From an uncultured Pelagibacteraceae bacterium (GTDB lineage: Bacteria; Pseudomonadota; Alphaproteobacteria; Pelagibacterales; Pelagibacteraceae), in assembly GCA_902600485.1 (NCBI GenBank), contig CACKJD010000005.1, positions 15,905-79,904 on the forward strand: 64,000 nucleotides of DNA. Direction: 5' to 3'. Below are positions 12,819-20,895 of this stretch, in pieces; position 1 is the first letter of the stretch, and every line of letters begins with the position of its first letter. The notes beneath the pieces were generated by a model. The model saw only the letters and a program-made list of their open reading frames with translations, made no database searches and was not told the origin of the DNA. Both the position numbers and the translations under genes were made by a program.

Positions 12819-13904
12819 ATGAATAAATTTAAAAAAATTGGGCTTACAGCGCTAGCAAGTTCGTTAGTTGCAGTATCAGCTCAAGCTGGTGAACTATCAG
12901 TTTCAGGTGGTGCGAACATCACTTTGAAAAGTGGTACAGCAAAAACAGCAACCAACGTATCTGGAAGAGGTATCGGTGCAGACAAAGACGTTACCTTCAA
13001 GGGTTCTGGTGAGCTAGACAACGGAACAACTTTTTCTGTTGTAACAGCTACAAACGATAGCCAAACTGACTTAACGTCTGGTTACATTTCAATTGCGACA
13101 CCATCATTTGGTTCGTTCTTGTTCGGTAATCACAGTGGTGCGGCACATTACAAATATGACGAAGAAGTTCCAACAGCATACGAGCAACTATCAGATCCAT
13201 CTGATAATCTTATGCCTGCAAACAAAGTCGGTGACTTTATGGACAATAACCACGTTACATACACGTCTCCAACATTTGATTTAGGTGGTGCATCAATTAC
13301 GTTTGACTTAGGTTATGCGTCAGATGCAAATGACAAAGAAACAGGTGACGGTGGTGTTCCAGGAGAAGGTGCTGGTGTATACGGAACTGGTCAAGAAGCT
13401 GGTGTAACAATTAGTTACGATGCTCTTAAAGTCGGTGTATACGGTGCTGAAAGAGAGAACTTAACTCAAACAGCAACTGGTTCAGACGCTGTAAGAGATG
13501 AGTTCAACGGAGTTTGGTATGCTAAGTATTCAGTGGGTCCAGTATCTATTGGTTACTCAGAGTCGTATCTTGACTCAGGTGTTTCAGAATCTTCTACAGT
13601 AGCAACTACTTCTGCAAAAGGTCTAAGAACATCAGGTGGTATCTTTGAAGGTCAGCAAATTGGTATTGCGTTTAACGTAAATGACAATTTCTCAGTTTCA
13701 TACTCAGAGTCAACTGAAACGTACAACGCTCAGTCAGAAGCTGCTAATATGGACGTAGACCAAAAGACAGATGCAATTCAATTCGCATATTCAATGGGTG
13801 GTATGTCAATAAAAGCTTACCAAATTGAGATCGAAAATCCACATATGGATGAAAACGCAGATGATTCAAAAATAACTGAAATTGCTTTAGGACTTGCGTT
13901 CTAA
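12819..13904 (+). CDS. Major outer-membrane porin
   Basis: Signal peptide (AQA-), Gly/Thr/Ser-rich amphipathic strands, C-terminal Phe, strong AGGAG SD, highly-expressed codon bias, own terminator. Confidence 0.88.
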   Translation: MNKFKKIGLTALASSLVAVSAQAGELSVSGGANITLKSGTAKTATNVSGRGIGADKDVTFKGSGELDNGTTFSVVTATNDSQTDLTSGYISIATPSFGSFLFGNHSGAAHYKYDEEVPTAYEQLSDPSDNLMPANKVGDFMDNNHVTYTSPTFDLGGASITFDLGYASDANDKETGDGGVPGEGAGVYGTGQEAGVTISYDALKVGVYGAERENLTQTATGSDAVRDEFNGVWYAKYSVGPVSIGYSESYLDSGVSESSTVATTSAKGLRTSGGIFEGQQIGIAFNVNDNFSVSYSESTETYNAQSEAANMDVDQKTDAIQFAYSMGGMSIKAYQIEIENPHMDENADDSKITEIALGLAF

Positions 13905-13923
13905 TTTAATTTTAGATTAAAAT

Positions 13924-14478
13924 TTAAAACGGCCCAGTATTTATACTCGGGCCGTTTTTTTTTACCCAAGTTATCCCTGCAAAACCTTTGACATTACACA
14001 TTCTCAAATATTTAATATTTTTTTCGTTTATTCCGCCAAGAGCAATAATATCCTTTTTCGTGCTTAATTTAATTAAGTTAAATTTAATAACCCCTAAATG
14101 ACTCTTATTTTTTTTAGTTCTAAATATTGGACATAAAAAAATCTTACTGCAACCTTGTAATTCTTTATTAATAACCTCTTTAATATTGTGTGCAGACCCA
14201 ATCACATCAAAATTTTTTTTTTTAATTTTTTTATATCTTAAAGATTTGTTAAAAGAGGGTATATAAACCCCATCAAAATTAAATTTTAAAGCTAATTTAA
14301 AGTTATTACTTATATAAACTTTTCTTCTCTGTTTCTTGCAAAAAATCACCAACTGTAAAAGTTCTTTAGTATTAAATTTGTTTGAATAATTTCTATATAT
14401 AATATTTATTGATTTGTTTAATTTATAGATTTCTTCTCTATTAAATTTGTCTATATAATAGTAAATAGATTTAAACAT
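13924..14478 (-). CDS. Thiamine-phosphate synthase-like (ThiE/TenI TIM barrel) protein
   Basis: GSAHN..E, F.CPIF.TK, IIALGGI motifs. Confidence 0.7.
   Translation of the reverse strand: MFKSIYYYIDKFNREEIYKLNKSINIIYRNYSNKFNTKELLQLVIFCKKQRRKVYISNNFKLALKFNFDGVYIPSFNKSLRYKKIKKKNFDVIGSAHNIKEVINKELQGCSKIFLCPIFRTKKNKSHLGVIKFNLIKLSTKKDIIALGGINEKNIKYLRMCNVKGFAGITWVKKNGPSINTGPF
13926..13963 (+). terminator. Intrinsic (likely bidirectional) terminator after the porin
   Basis: AAAACGGCCC-AGTATTTATACTC-GGGCCGTTTT followed by further T residues. Confidence 0.9.
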
Positions 14479-15120
14479 ATGGAAAACGTAGTTAAAAATT
14501 TTAATTTAATAAAGCAAGAAATTGAAGATAAAAAAAACGTTAAATTAGTTGCAGTTACTAAAACATTCCCAATTAGTCATATATTGCCAGTTATTAACGA
14601 AGGACACACACATTTTGGTGAGAATAAAGTTCAGGAAGCTATGGAGAAATGGACAAGCATCAAGCAAGATTTTCCAAAGATCAATTTACATCTAATAGGA
14701 AAATTGCAAACTAATAAGGTTAAGTTTGTGTTACCTTTGTTTGACTACATACATTCATTGGACAATTTTAAATTGGCAAATAAGATTGCAGAGGAGCAAA
14801 TTAAAAAAAATTTTAAACCTAAAATATTTATTCAAGTTAATATTGGCGAGGAAGCCCAAAAAGGTGGAATTGAAATTAATGATTTAGAAAATTTTTATAA
14901 AAGATGCATTGAGGATTTTAAATTAAATATTATTGGGCTAATGTGTATTCCACCATTTGATAAAGACTCTAAAACTTATTTTGTAAAAATGAGAGAATTA
15001 TCTGAAAATTTAAATTTAAAAGATATAAGTATGGGTATGTCAGATGATTATATGGAGGCTATAAAGCAAGGATCAACATTTATAAGAGTAGGCTCAAAAA
15101 TATTCGGTGCAAGAGGTTAA
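14479..15120 (+). CDS. yggS: PLP homeostasis protein YggS/PLPBP
   Basis: LVAVTKT, FGENKVQE, HLIGKLQTNK, GLMCIPP, SMGMS.DY. Confidence 0.95.
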   Translation: MENVVKNFNLIKQEIEDKKNVKLVAVTKTFPISHILPVINEGHTHFGENKVQEAMEKWTSIKQDFPKINLHLIGKLQTNKVKFVLPLFDYIHSLDNFKLANKIAEEQIKKNFKPKIFIQVNIGEEAQKGGIEINDLENFYKRCIEDFKLNIIGLMCIPPFDKDSKTYFVKMRELSENLNLKDISMGMSDDYMEAIKQGSTFIRVGSKIFGARG

Positions 15121-15608
15121 CAAATTTTAATTTTTGAATTTTTATTAATTATTTTTAATAGTATTAATAAATCGTTTTTTTTTAGAGCTATACAACCTTC
15201 AGTAGGACTATAATTTTTTGTTAAATGAATAAAAATTGCACTTCCTTTGAATGGTTTTATTTTTTTTGTATTATATTCTATAACAATTAAAACATCATAA
15301 ATGTTATCTCTTCTATAAAGTTTTTCACCTTTATTTTTTTTATCTAAAACAATTTCTTTATTATATTTCTTATTATACGGATCATCGCACCAACCCATAT
15401 TTTTTGTAATTTTTTTAGTTTTTAATACTGTTTCTGGTTTCTTAATTCTATCTGATCGGTAATAAACCTTACCAATCTTAAAAATTCCTATCGGAGTGCA
15501 ATTATCTCCCTCTTTTTTTTTTGATTTTAAACCTTTTTTACCAATAGAGCATTTGAACTTAAATTCATCAACAATTAAGTATTCTTTATTTTTTAATCTT
15601 AATAACAT
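15117..15608 (-). CDS. L,D-transpeptidase catalytic domain protein (YkuD-like)
   Basis: K.EGD.CTP.G, GSAIFIH...PTEGCIAL (catalytic His/Cys). Confidence 0.8.
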   Translation of the reverse strand: MLLRLKNKEYLIVDEFKFKCSIGKKGLKSKKKEGDNCTPIGIFKIGKVYYRSDRIKKPETVLKTKKITKNMGWCDDPYNKKYNKEIVLDKKNKGEKLYRRDNIYDVLIVIEYNTKKIKPFKGSAIFIHLTKNYSPTEGCIALKKNDLLILLKIINKNSKIKIC

Positions 15609-15619
15609 AATATAATTTT

Positions 15620-16219
15620 ATGCATTCGCAAAAGTTGCATATTTTAAATATACCAGAATTAGATAAAATTATTATAGAAATTAAAGATTATTTTAACTAC
15701 GAGATTAATTACTTCACTGAAAAAAACGATTTGATAAAAAAAATTAACGAAGATAGAAAATTTCTAGAAAATTCAATAATTATTGTTAATCAGAAAGACT
15801 TTTCTTCATTAAAAAACAAAACCAATGAAAAACAAATTCATTGTATTACAAAATTTCCAATAAAAATCTCTAATTTAGTTGATCAATTAAACGCAAGATT
15901 AATACAACAAAATTACTCAGTTCAATCAAATATTAATATAAGCAAATATATATTAGATATTAATTCTAGAATGTTAAAAAAATCAGATAAAGAATTAAAA
16001 TTAACTGAACGAGAAATTGATACTGTTTTATTTCTTAAAAATGAAAATAAACCAGTTAATGTGAATATCCTTCAAAAAAAAGTTTGGAAATATGGTGAAG
16101 ATTTAGAAACCCATACTGTTGAGACACATATTTATAGATTAAGAAAAAAAATCAAAGACACATTCAACGATGACACATTTATAGAAAGTAAAAAGGATGG
16201 ATATATAATTAATGAGTAA
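15620..16219 (+). CDS. OmpR/PhoB-type winged-helix regulator with degenerate N-terminal domain
   Basis: C-terminal LTERE..., VW.Y....ETHTVETHIYRLRKKI...GY; no recognisable receiver DD/D/K residues. Confidence 0.8.
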   Translation: MHSQKLHILNIPELDKIIIEIKDYFNYEINYFTEKNDLIKKINEDRKFLENSIIIVNQKDFSSLKNKTNEKQIHCITKFPIKISNLVDQLNARLIQQNYSVQSNINISKYILDINSRMLKKSDKELKLTEREIDTVLFLKNENKPVNVNILQKKVWKYGEDLETHTVETHIYRLRKKIKDTFNDDTFIESKKDGYIINE

Positions 16220-16319
16220 GAAAAATCCATTAAAAAGAGACTTATTTACAAAAAAATACAAACCTAGAATTATTAAACCAAAAAAAGGAAAAGGTAGTTT
16301 TAAAAGAAAAAAAAAATAG
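16212..16319 (+). CDS. arfA: Alternative ribosome-rescue factor A-like protein, 35 aa (not in ORF track)
   Basis: Hand translation MSKKNPLKRDLFTKKYKPRIIKPKKGKGSFKRKKK*; KKGKGS(Y/F)xR signature. Confidence 0.8.
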   Translation: MSKKNPLKRDLFTKKYKPRIIKPKKGKGSFKRKKK

Positions 16320-16320
16320 A

Positions 16321-16797
16321 TTAATTGCTGCTTGACGGTTTAAATATTAAGCAAAGACCATTGTTACAAAATCTTTTTCCAGTCTCACTAGGACCATCGG
16401 CAAAGACATGTCCGTGATGAACTCCACAATTTGCACAGTGATATTCAATTCTTTTCATTCCAAATGAGTAATCAATTTTAGTTTTAAATGCACCTGGCAA
16501 AGCCTCGGTAAAAGATGGCCAACCAGTACCACTATCAAACTTAGCAGTAGATGCGAACAATTTTGCACCACAGTTTGCACAATGATAAAAACCTTCTCTT
16601 TTTTCATTCAAAAGATCACTTGTAAATGGTCTTTCTGTACCTTCATTAAACATTATTTCCTTTTGTTTTTTTGAGAGATTTTTATTTATAACTTTTTTTG
16701 CAACAGCTTTTGCAAACTTATATGGCATTAAGAAAAAAGAAAAAATTGTAATACCAAACAATTTTATGAAAGTTCTTTTATCTAAATTATATTTCAT
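16321..16797 (-). CDS. msrB: Methionine-R-sulfoxide reductase MsrB with N-terminal export-like signal
   Basis: GTERPF, YHCANCG, KFDSGTGWPSF, CGVHHGHVF.DGP..TGKRFCNNG. Confidence 0.95.
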   Translation of the reverse strand: MKYNLDKRTFIKLFGITIFSFFLMPYKFAKAVAKKVINKNLSKKQKEIMFNEGTERPFTSDLLNEKREGFYHCANCGAKLFASTAKFDSGTGWPSFTEALPGAFKTKIDYSFGMKRIEYHCANCGVHHGHVFADGPSETGKRFCNNGLCLIFKPSSSN

Positions 16798-17189
16798 TAT
16801 TTTATTAATATTATTATAAGAAAGATCATTTGCACCAAATTTATTAGTACAGACACAAAATGAGATATTTTAAAACTCTTTTCTTCTCCCTTATCTTTAA
16901 ATTTATTTATTAGTGGCATTAAAAAAAAATTAGAAATAAAAAATAAAATACAAATAGACAGCATTAAATAAAATTTAAGACTAAAATCACTTAAATAAGC
17001 GATCAATAAAACAACAATTAGGCTGATACTAAGATTTAGTAAGTAATATAAAGGAAATATACCTCTAATAAATTTTCTTGCATATTCTTCATTTAAAAAT
17101 CTAAAGGTAGATGGTGCAACAATAAATGAAAAAAAAAGCATAATCCCCAAAAGTATTGCAGTTAAATATGTAACGCTTTGTTCAATCAT
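16797..17189 (-). CDS. DUF4149-like membrane protein
   Basis: FF.F.VAP..F...AR.FIR..FP.YY pattern, 4 TM segments, conserved H in FK..H..SV. Confidence 0.7.
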   Translation of the reverse strand: MIEQSVTYLTAILLGIMLFFSFIVAPSTFRFLNEEYARKFIRGIFPLYYLLNLSISLIVVLLIAYLSDFSLKFYLMLSICILFFISNFFLMPLINKFKDKGEEKSFKISHFVSVLINLVQMIFLIIILIK

Positions 17190-17491
17190 TATAAAACAAC
17201 TTCAAATCCCTCAAAATTAGGTGCACCTAAATAAAGATCTTGATGCTGACCAGCATTCTTATGAGCTAACCTGAAGGCTTCTGATTTAGTCCAATTAATA
17301 AAGTCCTCTTTTGAATTCCATATACTATGTGATGCATACAAGGAAAATTCTTCGTTAGTATTTCCCTTAACTAAATGGAATTCTTTAAATCCCGGCACAC
17401 CTTTTAAATGAGTATCTCTATTTTTCCAAACACTCTCAAATTCTTGTTCCTTACCAAGTACAATCTTAAATCTATTCATCGCTATAAACAT
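17189..17491 (-). CDS. ABM-fold monooxygenase, IsdG/HmuQ-like heme-degrading type
   Basis: MFIAMNRF...PGF.EFHL...W...F..WTKSEAFR.AH; Asn, Trp and His at IsdG-like positions. Confidence 0.75.
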   Translation of the reverse strand: MFIAMNRFKIVLGKEQEFESVWKNRDTHLKGVPGFKEFHLVKGNTNEEFSLYASHSIWNSKEDFINWTKSEAFRLAHKNAGQHQDLYLGAPNFEGFEVVL

Positions 17492-17551
17492 GCAGACTAT
17501 ATATATTTAATACCTAAGGTTTTATAGCTTAATCAGTGTGACACTCTGTTG

Positions 17552-17580
17552 CTTAAAAATTTTAGATAAATAACCATATC
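17552..17580 (+). promoter_or_regulatory. Putative RpoH (sigma32)-type promoter
   Basis: CTTAAA-N16-CCATATC versus alphaproteobacterial consensus CTTGAA-N15/16-CCTATAT. Confidence 0.5.
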
Positions 17581-17601
17581 TGAATAAACGGGAGGAAAAC
17601 T

Positions 17602-17808
17602 ATGAAAAAGTTAGCGTTAATTTTATCTTTTGTATTATTTTCGAGTTCTGTTTTTGCAGGTTCATGCCCAATGATGGCAAAAAACCTTGATTCAAAAATT
17701 GCAGAGGCTCAAAAATTAAGAGATGCTGGAATGAAGGCTCACGATAGTGGAGAGCACAAAAAATCAGTAGATCTTCTTAATAAAGCATTAGAAATGTTTA
17801 AAGGATAA
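17602..17808 (+). CDS. Small secreted helical protein (68 aa)
   Basis: GGAGG SD, signal peptide ending VFA, mature part with one Cys and two His. Confidence 0.85.
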   Translation: MKKLALILSFVLFSSSVFAGSCPMMAKNLDSKIAEAQKLRDAGMKAHDSGEHKKSVDLLNKALEMFKG

Positions 17809-17814
17809 ATTCTT

Positions 17815-17850
17815 TGGGGTTTAGGGCACCTAGCAACAGAACGCCCCTAC
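17815..17850 (+). repeat. Structured 3' element, copy A
   Basis: TGGGGTTTAGGGCACCTAGCAACAGAACGCCCCTAC; 24-nt core 23/24 identical to 53227-53250. Confidence 0.85.
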
Positions 17851-18482
17851 TAATCGAAGTTAACTATACTTTCTTTTATTGTTTCTGAAATTACTTTAGC
17901 ACCCTCAAAATTTGGATGAATTCCATCACTTTGATTTAGTTTTGGGTTTAAAGCTACTTTTTTAAGTAAAAAAGGAATTAAATTTAAATCATATTCCTCA
18001 GCTAATTTAGGAAAAATTTCATCAAATTTTTTTTTATATGCCAATCCGTTTGTTGGAGACGCCTTCATGCCAGCTAAAATTATTTCTATATTATTAGACT
18101 TTATAATTTCTATAATTTTTCTTAAATTGCTACTAGTTTGATCTGGATTAATTCTCCTTAGCATGTCATTTGCACCTAATCCTAAAACTATCAAATCAAT
18201 ATCACCACCAGATATATATTCTTCAATTCTATCTAATCCATCTTCTGAAGTATCTCCAGAAACACTTCCATTAATTATTTTAATATTATATCCAGCTTCT
18301 TTTAAATCATTTTCTAGTATCACCGAAAGTACTTGGTTTTCCTTCAAACCATACCCTGACATTAAACTATCTCCAAATAATAGAATTTTATCTACGTTCT
18401 CTAATTTATTGGTTTTACCACAGCTAATCAAAATTAAACCAACCAAGATTATTTTGAAAGATATTAATAATTTATTTCTCAA
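17850..18482 (-). CDS. SGNH/GDSL arylesterase (TesA-like), lipoprotein; TTG start
   Basis: FGDSL, GDTS, LGAND, DGIHP blocks; lipobox LISC. Confidence 0.9.
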   Translation of the reverse strand: MRNKLLISFKIILVGLILISCGKTNKLENVDKILLFGDSLMSGYGLKENQVLSVILENDLKEAGYNIKIINGSVSGDTSEDGLDRIEEYISGGDIDLIVLGLGANDMLRRINPDQTSSNLRKIIEIIKSNNIEIILAGMKASPTNGLAYKKKFDEIFPKLAEEYDLNLIPFLLKKVALNPKLNQSDGIHPNFEGAKVISETIKESIVNFD

Positions 18483-18594
18483 TTTTTGTTTTTCTTTTTT
18501 CTCTTTTGAGTTTCCTTTTTTCTTTAAAGGATAATTTAGGTCTCTTCATGAGACTAGAATCTTTGAATGATTTTCCACTGTATCTTTTTGACAT
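18472..18594 (-). CDS. Small highly basic protein, 40 aa (not in ORF track)
   Basis: Hand translation MSKRYSGKSFKDSSLMKRPKLSFKEKRKLKREKRKTKIEK*; fills the intergenic gap and overlaps the esterase start. Confidence 0.55.
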   Translation of the reverse strand: MSKRYSGKSFKDSSLMKRPKLSFKEKRKLKREKRKTKIEK

Positions 18595-18624
18595 ATATTA
18601 ATTACATCATCTAATTAAAAAACT

Positions 18625-19893
18625 TTAGACTAATAATATTAACTTTAAGTTACTTATAATCAAAAAAACAAAAAAATATGCAAAAATAAGCAAATAGTTT
18701 TTTTTATAGTAAACTTTTTTTAAATCTAGATTAAAGGAGAAAATTGTAAGAAATGCTATAAGAATAAAAGGATCAAAATATTTGTGGTAAATTGTATATT
18801 GTGGATTATTCAAAATAATTAACACCAGGAGTAAAATATTTAAATATTTTTTCGAAATCAATGAACAGATCATTAGAATTGAAAAAAAAGATATAAAATA
18901 AAATAAATAATTATTGTTAAAGAAATAATTTGATAACTTAAAAAATATACCACCACCACTATAAGAATAATTATAATTAAAATTTAATACGCAAATTAAA
19001 AAGATAATTAGAGAAATTAATATATTTTTAATATCCAAAACATTATTTATTTTAATTATTTTCAAAAAAATAAATGGTACTAAGTAAAAGAAAACAATTG
19101 AAAATGTTAATAAAATATCATTAAAAATATTATTAAAAATAATTTTTTCGCTCTCTCCAATTCCTATTGCGGCTGATTTTAATAAAAAATTTACATCGAG
19201 AATAAAAATGTAATAGAAAGCAGGAAAAGCCAACAATAAATTTATAATAACCAAGTACAAAATTTGCCTTGAGAAAAAGCCGTAATATAAAATGAAATTA
19301 ATTAAAAAAAATATTGAAAAAACAGAAAAATTAGGACTTAGATAAGCGCTAAAAGCTAAAACAAAAACATTGTAAATAGCAAATTTAAAATTTTTACTCT
19401 CATCAAATTTTAAAAAGTAATAAATACTTAGAGTAAAAAAAATCAGACCAAATAATCTACTATCAGGCCAAATTGCAAGAGTTCTAAATGTAGGGGATAA
19501 AAAAACTAAAATTGTAAAAAACAAAAGTATTTTTGTATCATGATTATAATATTTAATCCTTAAACATAAAAAAAAAAATATTGGGAGTAATAAACTGATA
19601 TGTAGATGTATTAACCTTATTATTTCGAAATTAAAATTAAGTTTTTTTAGCAAAGATAAACAAATAAGCAAAACGGGAGAATGACGATGATTATATTCAT
19701 TGTAGGATAAAAGGGTTGCACTAAAATTTTCAGAAAAATTAAAAATCAATTCTTTATTTACAGGATAATCAATTTTTGCACCACCAGTGGAGTTTTCACC
19801 TAAAATAAAGCTTAATAATAATGTTAAATAAAGACAAAAAAAGAAAAAATACTCTTTTCTGTGATCACTTTTATTAAAAAAAATTAAATTCAT
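18625..19893 (-). CDS. Polytopic membrane protein, possible GT-C-fold glycosyltransferase
   Basis: About 11-12 TM segments, loop GENSTGGAKIDY...H.HSP, SP.FRTLAIWPDS, KYFDP. Confidence 0.55.
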   Translation of the reverse strand: MNLIFFNKSDHRKEYFFFFCLYLTLLLSFILGENSTGGAKIDYPVNKELIFNFSENFSATLLSYNEYNHRHSPVLLICLSLLKKLNFNFEIIRLIHLHISLLLPIFFFLCLRIKYYNHDTKILLFFTILVFLSPTFRTLAIWPDSRLFGLIFFTLSIYYFLKFDESKNFKFAIYNVFVLAFSAYLSPNFSVFSIFFLINFILYYGFFSRQILYLVIINLLLAFPAFYYIFILDVNFLLKSAAIGIGESEKIIFNNIFNDILLTFSIVFFYLVPFIFLKIIKINNVLDIKNILISLIIFLICVLNFNYNYSYSGGGIFFKLSNYFFNNNYLFYFISFFSILMICSLISKKYLNILLLVLIILNNPQYTIYHKYFDPFILIAFLTIFSFNLDLKKVYYKKNYLLIFAYFFVFLIISNLKLILLV

Positions 19894-19905
19894 AATAAAT
19901 TTATT

Positions 19906-20883
19906 TCAAATTGTGCTGATTAATTTTTTATACAAATTATTTGCACTTAACCAGCCGTTTTCTAATCTTGGACCCCCAAACCAATCAGCGCAAATTCCTA
20001 GTCCTAGTCTTTTATCCCAGTAACTTTTAGTTTTTAAAGGTTTTGAATTAGAAGAGTATTTCCAGCCGTGTATATGCGAAAAATAAACTTTTTTAATTTT
20101 CAATTTAGTTAATTTTTTAAATTTGTTTATTAAAATTCTAGTATGAAATTTTTTTTTATTTCTATAATTATCAGTATGCTTTTTGCCATATTCATAAGTG
20201 CTTTGAAGTACCCATAAATCTTTATTATATCTAAATCTTTTTTTTGAATTTTCATTTGAAACCCAGCCTAAAATATCATCATTAGTAAAAAAACTACTTA
20301 CATTACTATCAGTTTTATTGGTCATCAATAACACAGTCAGACTTGAATTCATTTTTACTTTATTTGTAAATAGTTTTGTTCTTACAAACTTAGATGCTAG
20401 CTTCTTTACTTGTGGAAATGGAGCTGTAATAATTAAGTTCTTTGCATAAGCGCTAGTGTTATTCTTAAATTTAAGAAACCAACAATCTTTTTTTCTTTGT
20501 ATCTCTGACAATTCTGATTGGAATTTACAATTTATACTTTTTAATAAATGTTTACTAATGTCGTTATTACCTCTTACACCTATTAATTTAATGTGTTTTT
20601 TGTCTCTTTTTACTCTTTCATTTAAAAATTCGTGATTGCCTTTCCAATGTTTGATAACTCTTTTTCTAATTAGCTTATTAGTAAAAGATTTAAACTCTTT
20701 AGATCTCGGAGATAGGTATTGAAGACCATGATCAAAACCTATGTTACCTTTAAACCTTTTAAAAGAGCTTCTCCCACCAACTCCTTTAGCTTTTTCAAAA
20801 ACTTTAATTGAGTATTTTTTAACCAGCTTGTTAGATATTGTGGCACCTGATATTCCTGATCCTATTACAGCAAAATCAATCAT
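19906..20883 (-). CDS. FAD/NAD(P)-dependent oxidoreductase, renalase-like
   Basis: VIGSGISG, FEKAKGVGGRSS, FDHG.QY, H.WKYS, ADWF.GPRLE..WLS. Confidence 0.85.
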   Translation of the reverse strand: MIDFAVIGSGISGATISNKLVKKYSIKVFEKAKGVGGRSSFKRFKGNIGFDHGLQYLSPRSKEFKSFTNKLIRKRVIKHWKGNHEFLNERVKRDKKHIKLIGVRGNNDISKHLLKSINCKFQSELSEIQRKKDCWFLKFKNNTSAYAKNLIITAPFPQVKKLASKFVRTKLFTNKVKMNSSLTVLLMTNKTDSNVSSFFTNDDILGWVSNENSKKRFRYNKDLWVLQSTYEYGKKHTDNYRNKKKFHTRILINKFKKLTKLKIKKVYFSHIHGWKYSSNSKPLKTKSYWDKRLGLGICADWFGGPRLENGWLSANNLYKKLISTI

Positions 20884-20895
20884 TAGGACTAATTA

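Noticed and set aside
13924-14478. TPP riboswitch near the ThiE-like gene
   Set aside because: There is no intergenic space and no CTGAGA-type aptamer sequence upstream.
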